Of a DNA stretch of 32,000 bases, positions 24,374 to 32,000 are shown piece after piece. Position numbers and translations under genes: made by a program. Positions within the stretch are counted from its first letter, which is position 1. Every line of letters starts with the position of its first letter. Source of the stretch: Candidatus Saccharimonadota bacterium (GTDB lineage Bacteria > Patescibacteriota > Microgenomatia > UBA1406 > GWC2-37-13); NCBI GenBank assembly GCA_016699265.1, contig CP064967.1, positions 360,001 through 392,000 of the forward strand, given 5' to 3'. The notes below the pieces were generated by a model that ran no database searches, was not told the DNA's origin, and was given only the letters and a program-made list of their open reading frames with translations.

Positions 24374-25165
24374 TTATTTCCATACCTTCCATGGAGCCGT
24401 ACCACTTTTCCATTTTTCTTCTAATACATTTCTGTCATGTAAGGTATCCATAGGATGCCAGAACCCCTCATGACGGAACGCCGCTAATTTTCCTTCATGG
24501 GCGAGGTTAATCATTGGTTCCTGCTCCCAGGTTGTGAATTCATCTTTAATGTAGTTCAGAACCTCAGGTTCGCAGACAAAAAATCCTCCGTTAATCCAAC
24601 CTCCACCATCTCCTTTCGGTTTTTCCTTAAAACTCTCAACGATGTCGTCTCCATCATTGAGTTGGAAGAGTCCAAAACGTCCGGGGGGCTGGACTACCGT
24701 AACGGTTGCTAGAGCACCCTTTTCTTTTTTATTTTTATCATGAAATGCGACGAGATCCTTAATGTTTACATCACTAAGACCGTCACCGTAGGTAAGACAG
24801 AATGGTTCATTCCCAATATATTTTTCTGCCATCTTTACGCGACCTCCGGTCATTGCTTTTTCACCGGTCTCTACAAGAGTAACCTTCCAGTTTTCAGCTC
24901 CATTAGAGTGGACATCTTTTGTGTGATTCTTAAGATCAAAGGTAACATCTGCTGTTCTGAGCCACTCATTTTGAAAGTACTCCTTGATCATGTGACCTTT
25001 GTAACCACAAAGAACAATGAACTCTGTGATGCCATATGAGGCATAGATTTTCATCACATGCCATAGAACTGGCTTACCACCGATCTCGACCATTGGTTTA
25101 GGTCTAATACCGGTTTCCTCGCTAATTCTGGTTCCGAACCCTCCTGCTAAAATTACTGCTTTCAT
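24374..25165 (-). CDS. rfbF: glucose-1-phosphate cytidylyltransferase
   Basis: Near-collinear similarity by eye to Salmonella RfbF: [18 protein letters not shown]..[18 protein letters not shown].Y...GI..F..CGYKG..IKEYF ... MTGGR ... TYGDG ... PPGRFG ... EKPKGDG..INGGFFV ... TWEQEP ... FW.PMDTL.D. The 263-aa ORF is intact. Confidence 0.92.
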   Translation of the reverse strand: MKAVILAGGFGTRISEETGIRPKPMVEIGGKPVLWHVMKIYASYGITEFIVLCGYKGHMIKEYFQNEWLRTADVTFDLKNHTKDVHSNGAENWKVTLVETGEKAMTGGRVKMAEKYIGNEPFCLTYGDGLSDVNIKDLVAFHDKNKKEKGALATVTVVQPPGRFGLFQLNDGDDIVESFKEKPKGDGGGWINGGFFVCEPEVLNYIKDEFTTWEQEPMINLAHEGKLAAFRHEGFWHPMDTLHDRNVLEEKWKSGTAPWKVWK

Positions 25166-25270
25166 ATATTTATTTATTAAAACTTAACATTTTCATTTTC
25201 TTCATCGAAAAATTATCGGATAGTTTTGATTTTGTAACTTCCTTTGTAAATGGAACTTTTTAGCTTTTTT

Positions 25271-25725
25271 CTATAGTTTTTTATCAAATCTCCAACCAAT
25301 TACTTTTGCAGGTACCCATCCAACAATTGAGTAAGGCGCAACATTTTTAGTGACAACAGCTCCAGCTGCGACTATAGAGCCTCTTCCAATTGTAACACCT
25401 GGCAATATGACTGATTTTGTTCCAATCCAGACATCATCCTCTATTACAATTGGTTTAGATATTTTTTATTTCTAACAGCCATTGGTAATCTCCAGTCAGA
25501 GTAATCGGTATTAGCGGTAATGAAAGTACAGTCGGGAGCGATTGCTACAAAGTTTCCAATCGTAATGTCTTCATCATGAAGTATGAACTTACAGTCTGAG
25601 TTAATAAATACATGATTACCCATCTTTACTTTACTAGGATGAGTGAAAGAACATCGCTTTGCTATTGAAACATCCTTTCCCATGTTTCCTATTAATAGAC
25701 GCCACTTTAAAGTGCTCAAATACAT
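25271..25725 (-). pseudogene. hexapeptide-repeat (LbH) sugar O-acetyltransferase, one frameshift
   Basis: The 93-aa ORF continues in another frame as ..[55 protein letters not shown]... The junction is at the T6 run 25462-25467. Confidence 0.7.
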
Positions 25726-25793
25726 TCTGAGTTTAAATCTTAGCAGTGCTATTTTTCTATCAGTGTTACCATGAGTATATTATACTATAAGTC

Positions 25794-26947
25794 TTAGTGA
25801 AGATGTGAGCTAATAATAGTTTGCAATTTCTGTCCGATGGTTTGTGTGCTGTACTGCTTAATAAATTTTTCGTGGCTATTTTTACTTATGCTCGCTAAAA
25901 GATTTGGATTTTTTGTACAGTTGTCCGATCTTTTCTGCCAAGTCTGAAGAATCTGAAGGTTTAGTAAATAATACATCCTCCCGATCGTTAAAAAGGGATC
26001 TCACAGCCTTAGATTCAGCAGTGACAACCGCCTTCCCAAGAGACATACCTTGGTAGACTTTATTCCCTACTACCCTATCCACTATTGGGTGTTTCTGAAA
26101 AATCCTAAGAAAATATGTCCTTTTGAGAGCGTTGCTAATGAGTTTGCTTCGGTTAAGGCTGTAAGAAACTTGATGTTTGTGAGGTTTAGTTTCTTCATGA
26201 GTGTTTGATTATCGGCTAAAGTGTAGCCTTTTCCTACCAACAAGAATGTTACTGATATATTTTTCAGTTTTTCAGCTGCTTTTATAATTGTTTCAACTCC
26301 GTGTAGTTGGCTATAGAGTCCGTAATAAACCACGACGAGCTCATCACCTTTTTGTAAGGTGTGTAGCCAGTAAATTTGTACACTTCATCATCCGCTCCAA
26401 TTGGCAAAACCTCGATATTTTTATTGGGAACATGAAAATGGGAACTTAAAAATTCCTTCTGGAAAGGTGTGTCGGCAATCAAAACATCTGGTAGCTTGTA
26501 GACAAACTTTTCAAAGTTTTTAATTATGTCAAAAGAACACCACCGCGATTAAGAAGTTTTTTTTCTTCGGTGAAGCCAACGGAAAGCGTAACTAACGGGT
26601 AAAAAAATAATTTTTTTCCAAGAACCTGCGCCACAAGCCAACACCAAACAACATCTAAGTGCCCTGGATAACCAATGTATAAAGCATCTGATTGCCTAAT
26701 TTTATCTAGATTTGCAAGGGTAACCGGAATCAAATTGAATCTCCTTAATATTCGCTGTACTAATTTTAAAGGCGAGGTTGAGTCGCTATCCTCCATCAAG
26801 GTTACCTTATTTGAAGCATTGATTTCATGTACAGTGATGTTGTTTTTTTCGAAGTGCTTTAATAATAAGTGTGTTGTTAGAATGCGTAGGATCGTAGGCT
26901 CCAATATATGCAACAGTGAGTGGTTTTATGCTTGAAGCGGTATTCAT
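25794..26947 (-). pseudogene. GT1/GT4-family glycosyltransferase broken into at least 6 frame segments
   Basis: Consecutive fragments (MNTASSIKPLTVAYIGAYDP.., 26524-26913, 26282-26482, 26082-26333, 25882-26082, 25794-25976) read as one GT-B protein when joined. The junctions lie at short homopolymers, for example an A7 on the coding strand near 26860. Confidence 0.65.
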
Positions 26948-27844
26948 AATTTTTGGTTGAAAGCGCCAGTACCCAGTTTTTACGATTTCTTATTTTTAGT
27001 TTATGATATAGCTTTATGACAAACTTAAAATATAGTGCCTCGATCGGGTACTTCATGAATACTGGCAGAATTGCTCTTACATAATCCCTTAATGGTATTC
27101 TCCATTCATCATCAACTATACTTCCATAGCTACGCCTGAGTAGTGCGCGGGCGCTCTGAGTTCTATTTTCCTGATTCCAATAGTCTCTAATTGTTTCAGG
27201 AAGTCTATAATCGACCCTCGCATTTTTTTGCAAAAGCATAGTGACCTCCTAGTCGAATATTTTCAAAATATATGAATATGTCTACGTTTCCAGTTGGTGA
27301 GTTTTTAAGATTAATTTTTTAGCTAAGTTTTTACGAAGTGCCATAATTTTGCCTTCAACAGTAAGCTTACTTTTCCCTTCTTTGTATTTATGCCTCAGAG
27401 TGTTGAAAACAAGATAACTAGAATATACACTTTTTCCAACAAAGGACTTGGGTCGCATTGCAATCGGATTGCCATTCACAAGATTTATTCTCCTATCTTT
27501 TATTAATGGAGACACTAAATTATAAATAGTTCTGTCCGAAATAATCCTAATATCGTCGTTAAGTATAACTGTGACATCACTTATCCCTCTTTTAAAAGCT
27601 GAGTCATTGTTTTTAGATGACCCTTATTTTTAGTGCTTGAAGAAAATTCTATCTTTGAGTCTTTCATTTTTGCATCATTTTTATGATCTCATCAGATCCA
27701 TCCGTCGAGCCATCAGAATGAATATGAATTTTCTCAATCACGATGCCCTTACCTTTTGTTGAAGAAGGGCTTTGATTATATTGCCAATATTTTCACGTGC
27801 TTGAAATACTGGAATAAGTATTGTAATCCCGATTTTCTTTTCAT
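26877..27844 (-). pseudogene. GT2-family glycosyltransferase (paralog 3), at least 5 frameshifts
   Basis: Hand-joined pieces: MKRK|IGITILIPVFQARENIGNIIKALLQQK|GKGIVIEKIHIHSDGSTDGSDEII.. | ..ISDVTVILNDDIRII.. | ..NVDIFIYFENIRLGGHYAFAK | NARVDYRLPETIRDYW... The listed ORFs at 27282-27515 and 26877-27239 are internal pieces. Confidence 0.6.
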
Positions 27845-28732
27845 ATTATTTAGAACTTTTGCAATGTGCCAGATATTACTATCGGTTTCCACCAATTTGC
27901 TTTCAATATATACCGATATTTGCAGTAGGAAGTAAAACACTATAAGAGGTGACTGAAGTATAGTTTTAATAAATGATTTGATTATTAGACTAGTTGGAAT
28001 TGCATAAGATTGATTTACTAAATTGAACCCAAATTCTTTAATATTCATTTTTTTGAGTGTTCAAATCGCACGCCTTGAAGTGAGTGATCTTTTATTGATT
28101 TTGGCAGCTGGTATAGAACAATGGCATTTTTAACATACCTATACCCAAAACCATGAGTCTTAGCAAATAAATATGTATATGAATCTTCGGAATTGCTTAA
28201 CTTAAAATCAAACTGTTTGTAAAGAGGTTTTGATACGCTCTCGCTCTTCCTACTGCTGTATAAATATTGTCGCCATTGTTCCAACTTTCAAAATACCGTG
28301 CTTAAATATCATGCTTGCAAACAATATATTTGATAGAAAATTGGTAGGCCTATCTTCTCTAATCTTGGCATAGGTAATGGCTGCCTGACCCTTTACGATC
28401 GGGGTAATGAGATTGTTAATAAACTGTGTATCCGGTATTCGTATATCGGCATCCAGTAGGAGCAGGATATCTGAAGTAGATTTGTCTTTAATTAAATTTA
28501 GAGAGTGTGCTTTGCCTCGGCGCTCACGATTTTCTATGACCTCAACCCTAGTTTTTCGTATTTTCTCCACAACATCGGCTGTCCCGTCGGTAGAGGCGTC
28601 GGAAACTACAATAATTTTCTCCATCAAGAAATCTCGCTGAACCTGCGCTACTAGATCTGCAATTAGCCGTGTGATATTACTGGCTTCATTGTATGCGGGA
28701 ATTCCAATTGTTATTGTCTGTTTATTTTTCAT
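27776..28732 (-). pseudogene. GT2-family glycosyltransferase (paralog 1), at least 3 frameshifts
   Basis: The N-terminus ITIGIPAYNEASNI...VVSDASTDGT...LLLDADI (the DxD region) is intact for 160 aa. It then continues through two other frames (..NNGDNIYTAVGRARAY.., ..SKPLYKQFDFKL..YLFAKTHGFGYRYVKNAIVLYQLP..) into the C-terminal TM segment. Confidence 0.65.
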
Positions 28733-29646
28733 ATATGCGTCTTAATACCTTTCTTAGTGCTCCAGGCTATTGGCCATACCGCGTTCAACTGACCAGCATT
28801 CTTTATTGCAAGATATCTTGAGTAACTATTGAATAATGCGAGACTAAGAAAAGGTATTGGTTTTGTAACTGCAGTAATAACTGCATGTTTGAAATATAAG
28901 TGAATTGGAATTATGTATTCCTTTTTCGCTAATGGTCCAAAAAGTTGTACTAATCGTTTTTTTTTGCTACTATAAATCGTTCGATCTGTTTAAAATGATC
29001 ACTGGCCGTTTTGGGCGCACGATAAAGCACTGTAGCTTTAGGAACGTGTACAAATCCAAATCCAAGAGATTTACAACTAAGATATAGAAAGCTATCGTTG
29101 CACATTATCGTGGATGGTACCTTCACTTGCTTCGCAAACGAATTTGAAAGTGCAAGTATTTGACCTATACATCCTAGTATGTTATTTCCTTGTTTATAAT
29201 CTAAGCGAAGCCTTTGGTACATTTCATGACCAGTCATCGCCGCCCTCTCAATTACGTTTGTTTCTTCAATTTGAATCGGATTTCCACCAACAAGACCAAC
29301 TTTGCTATTTTTTAACAGTGGTTGTATGAGGTATTCGATAGTTTTGGTCCTTTGAGAACTACATCTGCGTCAAAAAGTACAATAATATCTGACTTAAGAG
29401 ATGAAAAAGCGAATTAAGATGAGTGGATTTACCAATTCGTTTTTTTTATATCAATAATTTGCAAACGTTTATTCTTTACTTGACGAGCCTTCCAGACTGT
29501 ATCATCATTACTTCCGTCAGATATAAGTACAATTTTATCAATACGATAAGAGCGCTCAGTCTGTATAAGAATAGATCGAAGTAGATTCTGTATATTTCTT
29601 CCTTCGTTGAAGGCAGGTATTCCTATAGTTACTGTAGCTTTTTCAT
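28729..29646 (-). pseudogene. GT2-family glycosyltransferase (paralog 2), at least 5 frameshifts
   Basis: Hand-joined pieces: MKK|ATVTIGIPAFNEGRNI..LISDGSNDDT..IIDIKK|RIGKSTHLNSLF|SSLKSDIIVLFDADVV..|..IEYLIQPLLKNSKVGLVGGNP..VLYRAPKT..|..RLVQLFGPLAKKEY... Junctions include T8 29440-29447 and T9 28957-28965. The stop TGA overlaps the ATG of paralog 1 (ATGA). Confidence 0.65.
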
Positions 29647-29710
29647 ATTAGTTTTTCATTAAAATGGTAGTTTTGAGCTCTCTTCCTTTCTGTGAAAATA
29701 TTAGCCATAA

Positions 29711-32000
29711 TTAAGCGTGAAGCTTTTTTTCTGCGCAGGATTTCCAGCTAAAATTATTACCCCACTGCTCACTTTCTCTTGATAACTTAGTTCTATATTT
29801 CTTATTAGATAAGAGTCGATCTATTCCCATTGTAAATGCCTCTACATCTCTCACTTTTACGAGAAGACCAGTTTTGTTATTGATTACCGAGTCCTTTAAT
29901 CCATCTACGTTAGAGGCTACTACTGGAGTACCGCAGATATTTGCCTCGATATTCGTAATTCCCCAGCCTTCAACCTCAGATGGATGAATAGCTATCCAAG
30001 ATTGGGTTAAAATTTTGGCTTTTTCTTCTTCTGTTACCTTACCCATAAAATGTACATTATTCTGAATTTGGAGTCTTGCAACGAGACTTTCGAGTTTCAT
30101 TCTATTTTCTCCATCTCCAGCGATGTTTAACTGAAGTGTCGGGTATTTCTTTTTCAATCCATGTACAGCTTTAATACCAACGTCTATGTTCTTGTAGTCG
30201 CGAAGTCTTCCTATATATACCAAGCTTGGATTGGTAGTTTTTTTTACTTTAGCTTTCTTAATACTTACACCGGGTTCAACAATAAAAATTGGTTTTTTCT
30301 TACCATAACCCATCTTCTCCATCGACTCCTTTGTCGATTTGGAAATAGTCATCATCTGCTGATCTTTGTAGATATATGGCATTGCTTTTTCCTCCAAAAA
30401 CATAGCAATTTTAGAAAGAGGAAAAGGTAATCCTACCCTAAACATTTCTTGGTGAATATGATTTATGAGACCAACAATAGGCTTCTTAATATATAGAGGA
30501 GTGAAGAATGGAACTCCTTTTGCGGTATCTATAACAAGATCGTACTGGTTTCTTAATTTTAGAACGTAGTACAAGAACGCCCATATCGGAACTGTAAATA
30601 GACCACCTCTTCGGATGATGCGAACTCCGTCGATTATTTCATATCTCTTACTATGTCCATCGTTTCCACAAAATAATGTTACTTTATTGCCGTTTCTAAC
30701 GAACTCTTTGGCAAGATTATGTAAGTAATACTCCGCACCACCTGACCAAACATGGCGGATGTCATACCAGTTTACGATTAAGATTCTTTTGCCAAATGGT
30801 GTATAGTTCAATTTTGGCAGTGGTCTAAACAGTTCAGCGAAATCAAGTAAATTAGCAAGAACAAACCCACCATTACGCTGGAGTAAGTGCAACAGAACAT
30901 TTGCTACAAAGGTGGTGAAGCTGGTAAAAAAAACAACATTAACAATGTCTCCAATTGAAGCGTGGTTGTATGAAATACCTGTAATCATTCCAATAGTGGT
31001 TACCAGTGCTACGAAGGAGAAAAGGTAGTGATGACAAATTAAATGGTATACCGTGATTGTGTTGGCAACGGTGAATAAGGCTATGCTCATTGCATACAAG
31101 GTACGATAATCAGCTACAGAAGCCATCTTATCGGCAAAGACGAAGGGTAAAAGAACTGAGCCGAGCGGTCCTATCCCCACAAATGCAACTGTAGTTAGCG
31201 CTACTGTGAGTGAAAAAATCATATAGAAGTTCGTATTGGGATTTCGGTGCGCTCCTTCATCTCGGCTGACAATCGGAACCAGAAAGATATGAAAGAGGGA
31301 ACCGAAAAAGAAAATAATCTTTCCTATTAGTGATAGAAATGCGTATATCCCTGCCTGAGTTGCGGACAGATAATGTTTGACCAAGAGAATATCAAAGGTT
31401 AAAAAGGCATTGGTTGATAGACCTGTAAACATTGATGCGAAGAAGAATGTCTTCATAAACGAGTATTTATGCTCTGATTTGGGTTGTTTGCGAGTTACGA
31501 CCGATGCAACTATTAAGCTAAGTGCTGACGCCAACAAGACAGAGAATGGAATTGAAAGATAGGCAAGTTCTGCATTGCCTAATGACACTGAAGTGAAAGC
31601 AAATCCTAATTTTGAGATTGCTTCAACAAGAAAAAATACCGCGGTCCATACAAAGAGAAAACGTCCATGAACAAATCCCCTTGCTACAGAAGCGAATATC
31701 CCAAACATTATCACCGGAATGAGGGAAATGAGCGGTAGATAAGAATTGACATGAAAGTACCCAAGAAGAAATGGCATCGACACAGACCAGATCAGTGAAA
31801 TCATAATTGCATATTTAATGCACTTTCGCATGATCTGCTTATAAAAAGCTGTTCCAGCTGCAATGCCTGATCTTGCCGTGATAAAGGCGGTACGGTGATT
31901 AATTGTTGCTCCTAATGCACCAAATCCAATACTAAAGATATAGAGAAAAGTGTTTACTAAGGCTATAAGTCCAAAGTTTTCAAAACTTAAGGTTCGACCT
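29711..32000 (-). CDS. fusion protein: Wzx/MOP-type polysaccharide flippase-like TM domain plus C-terminal GT4 glycosyltransferase (5' end outside the window)
   Basis: The listed 706-aa ORF has an N-terminal polytopic region of about 330 aa. Its C-terminal GT-B domain carries EGWGITNIEA (E-x7-E). The reading frame stays open upstream of the listed Met through position 32000 (..RTLSFENFGLIALVNTFLYIFSIGFGALGATINHRTAFITARSGIAAGTAFYKQI-MRKC..), so the true gene is longer. Confidence 0.8.
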   Translation of the reverse strand, partial: GRTLSFENFGLIALVNTFLYIFSIGFGALGATINHRTAFITARSGIAAGTAFYKQIMRKCIKYAIMISLIWSVSMPFLLGYFHVNSYLPLISLIPVIMFGIFASVARGFVHGRFLFVWTAVFFLVEAISKLGFAFTSVSLGNAELAYLSIPFSVLLASALSLIVASVVTRKQPKSEHKYSFMKTFFFASMFTGLSTNAFLTFDILLVKHYLSATQAGIYAFLSLIGKIIFFFGSLFHIFLVPIVSRDEGAHRNPNTNFYMIFSLTVALTTVAFVGIGPLGSVLLPFVFADKMASVADYRTLYAMSIALFTVANTITVYHLICHHYLFSFVALVTTIGMITGISYNHASIGDIVNVVFFTSFTTFVANVLLHLLQRNGGFVLANLLDFAELFRPLPKLNYTPFGKRILIVNWYDIRHVWSGGAEYYLHNLAKEFVRNGNKVTLFCGNDGHSKRYEIIDGVRIIRRGGLFTVPIWAFLYYVLKLRNQYDLVIDTAKGVPFFTPLYIKKPIVGLINHIHQEMFRVGLPFPLSKIAMFLEEKAMPYIYKDQQMMTISKSTKESMEKMGYGKKKPIFIVEPGVSIKKAKVKKTTNPSLVYIGRLRDYKNIDVGIKAVHGLKKKYPTLQLNIAGDGENRMKLESLVARLQIQNNVHFMGKVTEEEKAKILTQSWIAIHPSEVEGWGITNIEANICGTPVVASNVDGLKDSVINNKTGLLVKVRDVEAFTMGIDRLLSNKKYRTKLSRESEQWGNNFSWKSCAEKKLHA

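Noticed and set aside
26877-27239. Independent 120-aa gene.
   Set aside because: Its sequence (NARVDYRLPETIRDYW...) continues the GT2 paralog-3 reading frame after a frameshift. It aligns in block order with the C-terminal parts of the other two GT2 paralogs.
29647-29710. 21-codon mini-ORF (MANIFTERKRAQNYHFNEKLI) bridging the GT4 fusion stop and the GT2 start with overlapping signals.
   Set aside because: It is too short and unsupported. It is most simply a chance ORF in a 64-nt spacer, and the TGA/ATG overlap depends on the frameshifted GT2 start.

Overview
AT-rich, very gene-dense window, mostly coded on the minus strand. Small domain-reduced housekeeping proteins, many GIY-YIG/TrpR-like/matrixin-type small genes and GT-C glycosyltransferases suggest a Patescibacteria/CPR-like bacterium; this is inference only, since no rRNA is present. 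Positions 1-19.7 kb hold intact genes: infC (5' part), a 403-aa thrS with no editing domain, a matrixin-like protease, a TrpR/YerC-like gene bracketed by two identical 26-bp palindromes, and tRNA-Val plus tRNA-Asp with a degenerate tRNA-derived element between them. They also hold a PPIase-less trigger factor, two glucosaminidase-like paralogs, tRNA-Arg followed by two tandem tRNA-derived repeats, a GIY-YIG gene, an ABC exporter, a SpoT-like HD protein, lexA with a GAAC-N4-GTTC box, SGNH hydrolases and a secreted hydrolase. Positions 19.7-29.7 kb hold a surface-glycan locus: two GT-C transferases, a CDP-sugar module including rfbF, an acetyltransferase, one GT1 and three tandem GT2 genes. By hand translation almost every gene there is broken by +/-1 indels, mostly at short A/T runs. 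The flanking genes are intact, including a flippase-GT4 fusion that runs off the right edge. The most unusual non-coding signals are listed here. (1) An exact 19-nt UUCG-hairpin module is shared by tRNA-derived pseudo-copies at two different tRNA loci. (2) A family of GC-rich CTGCCG-core mini-elements is flanked by direct repeats. (3) A consensus promoter runs straight into a terminator hairpin. (4) An 84-nt heptamer repeat array lies between convergent genes. (5) -10 boxes recur 6-8 nt upstream of start codons, a leaderless-type architecture. No CRISPR array, integrase, transposase or recognisable defence gene was seen.
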